From a virus, in the IMG/VR virus record IMGVR_UViG_3300037461_000748, positions 1 through 64,000 of that record: 64,000 nt of DNA; one strand, given 5' to 3'. Shown piece after piece: positions 18,605 through 28,067 of the stretch. Both the position numbers and the translations under genes were made by a program. Numbering within the stretch: the first letter of the stretch is position 1; the number at the start of each line of letters is the position of its first letter. The notes beneath the pieces are model-generated. The model was not told where the DNA came from. It made no database searches and saw only the letters and a list, made by a program, of their open reading frames with translations.

Positions 18605-18885
18605 TACGCCGTACCTTTAATAAAAACATGATACCGTCTGATTGCACCTTTAAGCGTTGACGCCGTATTATAAGCTCTGTGAGTATTAGTCACATAGGTA
18701 ACTTTTCCTGAAGGACTAATACTCTTCCACACTGCAGGCGTAGGCTTACCGGTGAAATTCCAGACAGCTTTTGCTTGTAAACAGGTTTTTTGTTCTTCTG
18801 AGGTCAGAGGTGTTCTGTATTTTTTTAAAATTTTAAACTCTGACATCTTAGCTAGTTTTTCAAATACTATCTCTGCTTTATCCAA
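18604..18885 (-). CDS. Hypothetical protein with MDKAE..FEKLA leader
   Basis: TTG start after GAGG; shared leader. Confidence 0.7.
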   Translation of the reverse strand: MDKAEIVFEKLAKMSEFKILKKYRTPLTSEEQKTCLQAKAVWNFTGKPTPAVWKSISPSGKVTYVTNTHRAYNTASTLKGAIRRYHVFIKGTA

Positions 18886-18887
18886 AA

Positions 18888-19043
18888 TTATTTGCCTCTA
18901 AGGAATGATAATATAGAACCTATTACACCTTTATTAATATTTCTACTCATCGCATTTACTAGTTTTTCTAATCTAGTAGATTCTTTTAAGAGCTCTTTGG
19001 GGGTGTAATTAGGATTTAAATCTGGTTTCTGCCGACGTTTCAT
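18888..19043 (-). CDS. Small ORF (51 aa, MKRRQKPDLNPNYTPKELL...), below the ORF-track cutoff
   Basis: ATG immediately follows the RNAP stop; fills the gap to the next gene. Confidence 0.5.
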   Translation of the reverse strand: MKRRQKPDLNPNYTPKELLKESTRLEKLVNAMSRNINKGVIGSILSFLRGK

Positions 19044-22000
19044 TTAAAAAAATTCTCCACGTTCGTAATTTGTGTTTCTTCCAAAGTTGTCCCCGTAGAT
19101 GTAAGCTGGTATTGGGTCTTTACCCTTTACATTAGCGTACATCCCTTTTGAAGCTCCCGTAGCTAAAGCAGCTTTAACACGGTTAGTGGTGATATTAGTT
19201 AACCAGTCCTCAACGTCAGCATTGGACAAGTCAATTGTTTTAAAGTAAGGATGATACTTAATTTCTCCCAGACCCTTTCTTTTTCTTTGCTTATTAAGTG
19301 CCTCAATATATGACACAGACGACTTATCTCCTCTTAAGAATCCTGAATCATCTGGAGCATCTAATACTTCAGCATTATCAGAGATTCCACGTATCACTGT
19401 TTCAAAAGTCTTGTCGTGGAATTTACCACCATAGATTGCTGCGGATTCTCTTACCAGGTATCGTTGGGCATCCAAGTGAGACTTCAGCTCACTAAGTTCC
19501 TGTGGTTTTAATATTCCATCTGATAATGGATCCCCAGTAGATACTTTGCTTCCTATAGAAACTAATACTTTTCTTCCGGGACCGATGGTAAAATTCGTTT
19601 CATGCTTATTGTTGAAATCTTCAATTTTTATCACATGCCCACCAGTCTCATTACGTCTAATTTGTTTTACTTCACCTGTAACAGTACTAAGTGTAGCTTT
19701 TCCAGCAAGTTTTTCAGGAACCTTCAGTAGCTGCTCAAGCCTTGGAAAACCCGCTGTGATTCCGGTTCCTCCGGCTCCGCCACTATGGAAGGTTTGCATA
19801 GTTAACTGTGTATTTTTATTGGAGTTAGCTCCATATTGACAAAGCGTAGAGTCAGTCTCAACATCATAAACAAAAGGATGTTCGTATTTAACTGATCTTA
19901 CCAAAGTTATTGGAGAGACCTCGTTAATCATTTGATTATTATAAAGCGTAGTCTGGTCTTTGTAAGTATTTACTTTTGAACTATGTTCTGATAACTTCTC
20001 TATTATAGCTGAATCTAGCCTAAGAACTGTCTTATAACCCTGATGTCCCATCATGCCATTATCATAATCTGCTGTAATAGAAGAGGACCCTCCTAATAAA
20101 TGACATATTATCTGAAGTTGTTGATGTAAATGGTAGCTATTACTCGATATTACGAAATGCTTTGCTTGACTATTAAAGAAACCGTCACCATCAATTAATC
20201 CGGCTAATATTTCTATTAATTTGTTATTTTCATAGTTAATAAAATCACTGGGTAAATGTTTTTCGTGTGAATATCTTCCAGAGATTGTCTCGACTTGTTT
20301 AGCTAAAGTTTTATTATTAATATTATACGAAACAGACGGTTCTTGACCCTTTGTGTTTACTTTTACATTATAATTAGGATGAACTTTCGATAAGTTTTCC
20401 ATATTATCATTTGGAATCTGTGTAATTCTAATTCCCACTTGTCTAGGATTACCTTGCCGGTCTTTACCGTAGTTGATACTACCCTCTGCAATGTAAAAAC
20501 CAAACCAATAATTAGTTAATGGGAGCTTTTCATAGTTACCAATATTTCTAATCTCGTCATAAATGTTAAGCCCAGTCATTACCCCATCTACTCTTAGTAA
20601 TACATCTTTTGGACTCTTTTTAACCCAGTTATTACTCCAGCCCTCTCCTGGATATTCCTGTCTTTTATTACAGTAATAGCAATCTACAACTTTTTTGTTA
20701 TTTATAATTTTTGTTCTAGATTTGTATAACCATTTTCCGCAATGCTTACATTTAAAGTTAGATTCATAAATAGGCATCGGGTGATTATTTTGGCAAACTA
20801 TGTATCCATGATTCTTAGTTTTTACTAATACCATTTGGGCTGCCGGAATATGTCGTCCAACTTTTTTTAGTTTAGTCCAATTATATCCATCCCAGACTTC
20901 TAAGTTCTCTTCAGATAAATTTATGAATTCTGTATCATTGGCTTCTCCGCCTTTGTAAATCTCTTTGTAAGAATATTTTTCAAATAATTGTTCCAATGTC
21001 ATTATTTGGTGACAATTCTTTAAGGATCTAAGTATTAATAAAGACTGAGAGTTAACACAGGCCCTTTCGGTTATTGCTTGGCTTTCTAATATACCTATGT
21101 TAGTCCCAATGCTTGGGAGTTGTCCATGTGGCATTACCCCATAGCAGAGTTGGCACAGCCCATCTGGAGCCTCACAAGTTAGAGGACTCCGTACTTTTAT
21201 TATTTTGATGCCAGCCCTTTTTGCGTCTAATATCTTAGCACTATCGATGATGTCGTTCTTTCTTAGTACATTTGGTATTGATTCTGCTGCCGATCTCCCT
21301 AATATATTATTAGCATCATCTAAATCAAATTCAATCCCCTTGTGTGTGCCGCAGTCATCTTTTGTAATAATTAAACGCCTATTAACATTCAATAGTGATT
21401 TATTTAATGCACCAGATTCTTGAGTATTAACTGATCTATCAACTACTCCTTTTCTAACAGCGTACAAACTATTAAAATAATCCGATGTGTTAAGTCCTTC
21501 AGCGTATCCTCTTCCAAAAAATGTATCAATTGGTGTCCCACTAGTATCCTCAAATACTCCTGGAACTGTTAGAATCTGTCTAACGTTTCCTGCCTTCTTA
21601 GGAGAAATTGATCCGGATTCTATCATCTCATAAACACCATTTCCAGTTCCAACTAGTCTCCTATCCTGTTCTTTCTGAATAATGTTAGTTAGTAATCTTC
21701 TAGCCTTGGCTCTTTCAGCGGGGTCTTCCATTGCTTCAATCTTAGGAAGTTCTTTTTTTAGAATTTTATCTCTAAATCCTCTATCAATGGCAAGATCTGT
21801 AATGGAGAAAGTATTACCTCTTAGATATGCGTACATACTTCCAACGTTTTTCCAGCTGTCTATTACATCTCTAAACACAGGTCTTTTGTAATTTTTGCCA
21901 ATTCGATCTAATAATTCTCCTACTGTTCTACCATCCATTATTCTGGCATAGTCCCGTAGTTCTTCCGGAAGTTCAGAATTGATCATGTATTGTCCTATGG

Positions 22001-25000
22001 TAATCATCTTACCATTTAAGTCAAATTGGTGAGTCCATGGTATACCAGCTTCTTTAGCCTCTTCAATTGATGCAAATTTCTTACTAGTCTTCTTATCAAT
22101 CTTACTAAGCATATATAAACCAAATAAATACTCTTGGCCTAAGCTTGGGACTAATGAATTATCACCATGTTTATATAAAATTTGACTTGGGAACATGTGC
22201 CTTGCTTCTTCTACAGCTTCTTTACCAATTGGGGCCATTACTGACATAGTATCACCGTCGAAGTCGGCATTGAATCCAGATACAATTAACGGATTAAGTC
22301 TAATTGTCTTTCCTTCCATTATTACTGGTTTGAACGCCTGGATACTATGTTTGTGTAATGAGGGAGCCCTATTCAAAATCACAGGTCGCTGTGCAAGAAC
22401 TGTCTGCATAGATCGCATCGCTAATGGAGACTCACTCTCATACTCCTTCAATGCAACGGAAGCTTTCATACCAGACTCCTTCATTTCCCGGATTATTAAT
22501 GGCTTGAACATCTTATAAGCCATTTCTCTAGGAATTCCCACCTCATCCAAACCTAACGTAGGTTCGACAGTGATTGTACTTCTGGCAGACATATCCTGGC
22601 GCTTTGACCACGCCTTTCCGTGTATAAGCCCCTTTTTTAAATCTCCTAATTCTACTAATAATCCTTTATATTTTTCACCAGCATAGTTTACTGGATCAAT
22701 AAAGCCTTGCATGGCTTTAACAGAAGTATATAATGAGTTCTTTGCCATTAACAAATCATCTTCAGGAACGTCGTCACGCTCTAAAGCTTTAGCTAGACCT
22801 CCGTTAATAACTCCGATGTCTCTGTAATGTTTGTTAACGTCAGAAGTCATTAAATCTCCAGATGGTAATGGATAAATTGGTCTAAACTCTGGAGGTAATA
22901 CTGGAACTTTGCTCATTGTGTAAGCTTCTACTGGGCTAAGATTTAGGTTCTTAAGTGCTTCCAAATATCTAATCTTAGTATTTAGCTTATTAATATTAGT
23001 CTTAGGAGCAACCTTTAACTCATCTTTAAGTCTGGAAAGTTCTCGCTGTACATCTAAGTTTTGTAATCTATTAATTATAGCATCCGGCCCCGTCTTCTCA
23101 TCCAGTTTTGACTTTCCCATCATGATATTAGAGTATTCTTTTTCTGATAAATCTAGAATTTTCTTAATAGTTTGCTCAAAAGTTGGATTAGGAATACGAA
23201 TCGATAAGTCAATGTGGGACCACTTAGTGCCCCTAAGACCTCCAGTGACGTTTTGATCAAATAAGCCTCCTTTTCTTGTAGCAAGATTTTTGCCTTGCAA
23301 CATTGCTCCAGGATCAGGAATATTACCATTGCTCATTTTTTCAACGTCAGCGTCGGTCATAGGAAAGATTCGTATCTGATTGCCCTCTTTCTCCGTATTA
23401 ATTCCTAAGCCTTGCAAGTACGCTAACATCTTATTAAAAATAAAATTTCGATTAGGCTTTCCAGGTGGTAATCCAAACTGAATGTTACGCCAATATTCGT
23501 CATTTCTGCGTCCCTTAATCTCACCAATTTCTCTGAGATTTTCCTTGGCTCCATGGGCCAAATATGAGTATGTATCTAATACTCCTACGGATTGTGCACC
23601 TTTTCCAGCAGGAGCCTCATCAACGTCGTAAGTTCCATAGCTATGAACACCTTGTTTCTTTTTAACGATGTGTCGAAGTTTTAAGAAATATTGGTCTCCT
23701 ACGAAAATTGGCTTCTCAAAAGGATTTCCATTTTTACCATCGTATAATGTTTCGTTTGGTTCAATCCTATGTTTTTTCATTTCGTCTAATATTTTTTTAG
23801 ACATATCAACATTTGGATCTCCAAAGTTATTAACGATGTAAGGTTTTCCGGTCTTCTTAGCAATCTTGCTTGCTGCTGTTTCTAATAGTTGTCCTACGTT
23901 CATACGACCGGGGACACCATGAGGATTGAGCATTATATCTACAGCAGTACCGTCTTTGCGATGTGGTGCCTTAGAATCTGGAATAATTTTAGTTACGATA
24001 TACTTGTTACCGTATCGCCCAGAAAGCTTGTCTCCTTCCTTAAAAGGATGTGTAGATTTTACATAAATATCAATGTTGCGTCCATTGACTTTAACGTCTG
24101 TTACAATGCCGGGCTCATCTTCATCCCATTCCTTAGTAACTTTTACATACTGACTGAATGTAAATTTATCTAATTTACGCAAAGCTCTCTCAGCGTCATC
24201 TAATTCTTTCTCATTTAAGTAAGCTAATATTACCTCCCCTGGCTGAAATACTTTACCAATCTTAGGAAGACCCCTCTCATCTAGCTTATTAGCATTTTTT
24301 GGATCTAATATGTCCGGATACCATGACTTAAACTTTTTTATATCAAATACTGAAGTTCTAGGACTGAAAAAATCATTTACACGATGCAACATCGTATGAG
24401 AGAGTTTCTTAGCAGCAGACTCTGTGATAACTGCACCATCTTCAAAATTATAACCTTTGTAAGACATGTAAGCTACTGATAAGTTTTTACCTAGTGCAAG
24501 ATTACCTTTCCTAGTAGCATAGTTAGTCTCAGCTAAGGGTACTGAGCTATTAACTTTATCACCTTCTTGAACTAGTGGAACTGAATCTAAGTAACCATCT
24601 TGATTTAATGGAAAGTTTTTATACAGCCCAACTTTTTCGATTTTGTCACCCACTTTAATATGAATGTAATTCTCATCGACTTTAGTAACTACTCCAGTTC
24701 TTTCCTTTCCATCAAGAGAGTCTGGTAACATTGGTGATAGATAACTACCTAATGTGTATTCATAGGTTTTTACATCGTCCCTCATCGTTTGAACCAATGG
24801 TTCTTCCTTCTGATCAATTGGAAGTGCCTGGGTAATCATACGACCACCAGTCGAAGCTCTATTACCCTGCACATTTGGAAGAAAAGGAACCAAATTAGTT
24901 GCAAAGGAAAACATAGTTCTTGGAGAACGAATCCAGAAGTCTACTTCTTTCGCATCGATTCTGATTGGTTTGCCTTTATAAGTAGCATTAACAATTTTAT

Positions 25001-26381
25001 TACGTGGTTTTACTTTATTTTTCCACTCAAACTGATCTGGGTATGCTACTTTATGATTATAAAACTCCATAGGATTAATAAAAACCAAATTGTCCTTCGC
25101 ATCATATACTGGAGTGGCAATGTCAGTTCCTTTTTTATAAGTTTCAGAGGCTAAGCCTACGCTAACTCCAACTTTCAAGGACTCCGGAGTTGATAAAGGA
25201 TCCAAGAACCCAAGGTGCGTAGGTTGAACATCACGTGTCTCCATAGTGATAGCATGACCACTTTGAATACCACCTGTGCCCATAGGAGTTGTTTTGCGCC
25301 AGTCAGTAGCAATGGTAACGGGATTGGTTTGAGGGGGTGTAGATGTTAAATCACCCACTGTAAAGAAATCTTTAATAGGCTTTGTAAATGTATTAGATGG
25401 AAGAATTTCTCTAATATTATCTCTCAACTCTAGATTTCTCTTAACCTTGGCTTCCACACTTGCTTTTGTTTTATCAAAGTGTTCTATCAGCAGATCATCA
25501 ACAGATAGCATTTTTTTAAATATTAAGCTATCTCTGTCGTCTGGCTTCTCATTTCCCTTGTTAATTTCTAATAATTTCTTAGAAGCTTTTAATAGAGTTC
25601 TATCATTAACTTTATCTAATGCTTCCCCAAGAGTAATTTTAGTAATTTCAGAATTTAACTCTGTATTATTGTTAAAGTAATCTTTAAGCCCCTTTGTTAC
25701 TTCTTCAAAATTTTTTGGATCTCTTCTGAGAATTAACTTATACAACGAAGTCATTTCAGAAGCTTCAGTGTTAATCGATCCTCTCTTATTAACATCTAAT
25801 AATCTCTGTCCCCAGAACTTAGCAATTTCAGTATCAGCAACACCTAAGATGTTCAACAATGGCCATAATTTATAACGATAGTTTCGACCCGCTAAGGTGA
25901 TACTAAACATCTGTGATGTAGGATCTAACTGCATTTTGAAATTCAATCCCTTAGAAAGATTAAATTCACTTTCTAACTCTCCATTCTTTTTGATCCTAGA
26001 ATAAACTCCAGCTTTTCTACGAAGTTGATTTACAGTTTGATACTCATTTCCGTCAATGATAGTAGTATATCTATTAGTAACCTTAGGTATAGACGCCAAC
26101 TTTACTTTCTGAGCATTGCTGATAACTTTCCCTGTTTCAGAGTCTACTAACTCTAAATCAGCGTAGATTGGATAATGCCAGGTTTTCCTAGATATTTTAA
26201 TCTCTCGTTGTTGAGGAAAGTCCTGGTCATTCAAATCATCTTCAGCACTAATATTCTTTATTAATAACTTTCGTCCCTTGTGTTCAATTGGAAAAATATT
26301 TAACAAGGAACTTGTTACTGCGTTCTTAATAATGTTGTTTTGGTAAGACGGTAAAAATATATTATCCATTATTTTCTCCAT
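19044..26381 (-). CDS. Single-polypeptide two-barrel DNA-directed RNA polymerase (beta+beta' fusion), intein-containing
   Basis: beta motifs TPES..VG, GYNFED, GDKLSGRYGNK, NPHGVPGRMN, KLRH; beta' motifs VLPPEFRP, NRAPSLH, NADFDGD, DCGT, VRSPLTC, TQLTMQTFH. Confidence 0.95.
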   Translation of the reverse strand: MEKIMDNIFLPSYQNNIIKNAVTSSLLNIFPIEHKGRKLLIKNISAEDDLNDQDFPQQREIKISRKTWHYPIYADLELVDSETGKVISNAQKVKLASIPKVTNRYTTIIDGNEYQTVNQLRRKAGVYSRIKKNGELESEFNLSKGLNFKMQLDPTSQMFSITLAGRNYRYKLWPLLNILGVADTEIAKFWGQRLLDVNKRGSINTEASEMTSLYKLILRRDPKNFEEVTKGLKDYFNNNTELNSEITKITLGEALDKVNDRTLLKASKKLLEINKGNEKPDDRDSLIFKKMLSVDDLLIEHFDKTKASVEAKVKRNLELRDNIREILPSNTFTKPIKDFFTVGDLTSTPPQTNPVTIATDWRKTTPMGTGGIQSGHAITMETRDVQPTHLGFLDPLSTPESLKVGVSVGLASETYKKGTDIATPVYDAKDNLVFINPMEFYNHKVAYPDQFEWKNKVKPRNKIVNATYKGKPIRIDAKEVDFWIRSPRTMFSFATNLVPFLPNVQGNRASTGGRMITQALPIDQKEEPLVQTMRDDVKTYEYTLGSYLSPMLPDSLDGKERTGVVTKVDENYIHIKVGDKIEKVGLYKNFPLNQDGYLDSVPLVQEGDKVNSSVPLAETNYATRKGNLALGKNLSVAYMSYKGYNFEDGAVITESAAKKLSHTMLHRVNDFFSPRTSVFDIKKFKSWYPDILDPKNANKLDERGLPKIGKVFQPGEVILAYLNEKELDDAERALRKLDKFTFSQYVKVTKEWDEDEPGIVTDVKVNGRNIDIYVKSTHPFKEGDKLSGRYGNKYIVTKIIPDSKAPHRKDGTAVDIMLNPHGVPGRMNVGQLLETAASKIAKKTGKPYIVNNFGDPNVDMSKKILDEMKKHRIEPNETLYDGKNGNPFEKPIFVGDQYFLKLRHIVKKKQGVHSYGTYDVDEAPAGKGAQSVGVLDTYSYLAHGAKENLREIGEIKGRRNDEYWRNIQFGLPPGKPNRNFIFNKMLAYLQGLGINTEKEGNQIRIFPMTDADVEKMSNGNIPDPGAMLQGKNLATRKGGLFDQNVTGGLRGTKWSHIDLSIRIPNPTFEQTIKKILDLSEKEYSNIMMGKSKLDEKTGPDAIINRLQNLDVQRELSRLKDELKVAPKTNINKLNTKIRYLEALKNLNLSPVEAYTMSKVPVLPPEFRPIYPLPSGDLMTSDVNKHYRDIGVINGGLAKALERDDVPEDDLLMAKNSLYTSVKAMQGFIDPVNYAGEKYKGLLVELGDLKKGLIHGKAWSKRQDMSARSTITVEPTLGLDEVGIPREMAYKMFKPLIIREMKESGMKASVALKEYESESPLAMRSMQTVLAQRPVILNRAPSLHKHSIQAFKPVIMEGKTIRLNPLIVSGFNADFDGDTMSVMAPIGKEAVEEARHMFPSQILYKHGDNSLVPSLGQEYLFGLYMLSKIDKKTSKKFASIEEAKEAGIPWTHQFDLNGKMITIGQYMINSELPEELRDYARIMDGRTVGELLDRIGKNYKRPVFRDVIDSWKNVGSMYAYLRGNTFSITDLAIDRGFRDKILKKELPKIEAMEDPAERAKARRLLTNIIQKEQDRRLVGTGNGVYEMIESGSISPKKAGNVRQILTVPGVFEDTSGTPIDTFFGRGYAEGLNTSDYFNSLYAVRKGVVDRSVNTQESGALNKSLLNVNRRLIITKDDCGTHKGIEFDLDDANNILGRSAAESIPNVLRKNDIIDSAKILDAKRAGIKIIKVRSPLTCEAPDGLCQLCYGVMPHGQLPSIGTNIGILESQAITERACVNSQSLLILRSLKNCHQIMTLEQLFEKYSYKEIYKGGEANDTEFINLSEENLEVWDGYNWTKLKKVGRHIPAAQMVLVKTKNHGYIVCQNNHPMPIYESNFKCKHCGKWLYKSRTKIINNKKVVDCYYCNKRQEYPGEGWSNNWVKKSPKDVLLRVDGVMTGLNIYDEIRNIGNYEKLPLTNYWFGFYIAEGSINYGKDRQGNPRQVGIRITQIPNDNMENLSKVHPNYNVKVNTKGQEPSVSYNINNKTLAKQVETISGRYSHEKHLPSDFINYENNKLIEILAGLIDGDGFFNSQAKHFVISSNSYHLHQQLQIICHLLGGSSSITADYDNGMMGHQGYKTVLRLDSAIIEKLSEHSSKVNTYKDQTTLYNNQMINEVSPITLVRSVKYEHPFVYDVETDSTLCQYGANSNKNTQLTMQTFHSGGAGGTGITAGFPRLEQLLKVPEKLAGKATLSTVTGEVKQIRRNETGGHVIKIEDFNNKHETNFTIGPGRKVLVSIGSKVSTGDPLSDGILKPQELSELKSHLDAQRYLVRESAAIYGGKFHDKTFETVIRGISDNAEVLDAPDDSGFLRGDKSSVSYIEALNKQRKRKGLGEIKYHPYFKTIDLSNADVEDWLTNITTNRVKAALATGASKGMYANVKGKDPIPAYIYGDNFGRNTNYERGEFF
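19812..21059 (-). mobile_element. Intein (~416 aa) with LAGLIDADG homing endonuclease, in the RNAP beta' trigger-loop region
   Basis: ERA|CVNSQ...VYDVET...NSNKN|TQLTMQTFH; GFYIAEG and LAGLIDGDG motifs. Confidence 0.9.
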
Positions 26382-26431
26382 AATCTGGGTATAAGAATTT
26401 CGAAGATTATTACATTAATATTCGATGCTTT

Positions 26432-26460
26432 AATATAAGCAAAGTTCGATAATAAATCAA
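26432..26460 (-). promoter_or_regulatory. sigma70-like promoter for the RNAP gene: TTGATT-17bp-TATATT
   Basis: Same geometry as the promoters at 33428 (+) and 42985 (-). Confidence 0.6.
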
Positions 26461-26469
26461 GTATTATTT

Positions 26470-26673
26470 ATGAGACTACATAACGAAAAAATCACCCCAG
26501 CATTAAAGGAACGGATAGCTGATATCATCGAAGACATAGTTGATATTCTAGCTACATTGGTAATGCCTGCGGCTATGAAGGAGAACGAATCAGATGGATT
26601 GGAAAAATCTGATGAAGAACCTGATTCCTTTGACGAAGACACAGAAGAGTTATACCCAGAGTCTAAATTCTGA
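26470..26673 (+). CDS. Small protein with acidic tail
   Basis: 67 aa, first ORF after the GGTATAAGA motif. Confidence 0.55.
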   Translation: MRLHNEKITPALKERIADIIEDIVDILATLVMPAAMKENESDGLEKSDEEPDSFDEDTEELYPESKF

Positions 26674-26932
26674 TTCTAACTACATTAGTAGAATTGAATT
26701 TGAATCCGTATTTAACGGCCTTGGCTTGTTTAGTAACATCACAATTACTTTTTATCCTAGTTTTTCGAAAAGTAAAGAAGAGTATTATCATGAGTACATT
26801 GAGCCTGGGGAGTTTCACTCAGAAGAGGATTTAAAAAATTTAATAAAAAAGGCGGTTAAGCGTGCTAAGGAATCCTATAAACGGGACTTCGAAAGAATAG
26901 AGGCTCTTAAACGTCAATGCAGTTTATTTTAG
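26594..26932 (+). CDS. Hypothetical protein (start uncertain)
   Basis: ORF fills the gap up to the MoxR gene. Confidence 0.5.
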   Translation: MDWKNLMKNLIPLTKTQKSYTQSLNSDSNYISRIEFESVFNGLGLFSNITITFYPSFSKSKEEYYHEYIEPGEFHSEEDLKNLIKKAVKRAKESYKRDFERIEALKRQCSLF

Positions 26933-26942
26933 GACAACTATT

Positions 26943-28067
26943 ATGGATTATACGAAAATATTACAAATAGAAACTCAATTAAGGAGTTTCTTTGTAGAAC
27001 GAGATGACGTAATAAGGGGATTATCATTAGCGGTATTGTCCGATAGTAATGTGCTAATGATTGGCCCACCAGGTACCGCAAAGTCAATGATCGCATACTC
27101 ATGGAGCAAACACATCGTTAATTACAAATTTTTCGCAGCGCTGTTAACAAAGTTTTCTACGCCCGAAGAGTTGGCTGGTCCATTCTCCATTAAAAGTTTA
27201 AACGACGATAGATATGTAAGACAAACCAGTGGAATGCTTCCAGAGGCTCATATTGCTTTCCTGGACGAAACTTTTAATGGAAATTCAGGAGTGTTAAATT
27301 TTTTATTAACACTAATGAACGAAAGAATTTTTTACAACGATGGTAAAGCTAATAAAGCTCCGCTATTAACACTAATAGGGGCTTCTAATCAGATTCCAGA
27401 GCCAGAAGACGCATTAGAAGCGATGTATGATAGATTCTTATTAAAGTTCATCATAGATCCAATTACCGAAGAAGTAAATTTCTTGAAAATGATATTATCA
27501 GAAGATTTTTACAAACCGGAAATCTTTATATCGTTAGAGGAGATTAATGAGTCTCGTCAAAATATAAAAGATGTTAATATGGCTGATACCATCGGTAGAA
27601 TAATTGCTGATCTTAGAAAATCTTTGCACCACGACGGAATATTAGTTACTGATAGAACTTTTAAAAAATCAGTACAAGTGATAAAAGCAGAAGCTTATCT
27701 TAACGGAAGAACGAACGTCATAGAAGATGACATTGACGTTCTTAAACACGTCTTATGGATTGATCCTGATGATAGGAAAAAAGCTTACACTAATATATTA
27801 ACAATTATCAATCCTGACAAGAACAAGGTCATAGAAATTTATGATAAGTGTTCCATTGAGTTCGAAAAATTTAAAAAGGAGACTAACGATAAAAAGAAGG
27901 TTGATCTGGGAGCTGAACTGGTCTTTGAGTTGAAAAACTCTAAAGTCAAGATACACGAATATTACAATAAGGCAACAGACACTAATAAGAACGAACTATT
28001 ATCGTATGAAAAACAAGTTCACAAATACTTGGATGAAGTTCATGAAGAACTAGGAATAAATTTCTAA
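26943..28067 (+). CDS. MoxR-family AAA+ ATPase (RavA-like)
   Basis: GPPGTAKS, LLTKFSTPEEL.GP, FLDE, GASN, AMYDRF. Confidence 0.92.
   Translation: MDYTKILQIETQLRSFFVERDDVIRGLSLAVLSDSNVLMIGPPGTAKSMIAYSWSKHIVNYKFFAALLTKFSTPEELAGPFSIKSLNDDRYVRQTSGMLPEAHIAFLDETFNGNSGVLNFLLTLMNERIFYNDGKANKAPLLTLIGASNQIPEPEDALEAMYDRFLLKFIIDPITEEVNFLKMILSEDFYKPEIFISLEEINESRQNIKDVNMADTIGRIIADLRKSLHHDGILVTDRTFKKSVQVIKAEAYLNGRTNVIEDDIDVLKHVLWIDPDDRKKAYTNILTIINPDKNKVIEIYDKCSIEFEKFKKETNDKKKVDLGAELVFELKNSKVKIHEYYNKATDTNKNELLSYEKQVHKYLDEVHEELGINF

Noticed and set aside
19298-25680. Short + strand ORFs inside the RNAP gene, and similar antisense ORFs elsewhere
   Set aside because: They are shadow ORFs antisense to well-supported genes, with no motifs or RBS.
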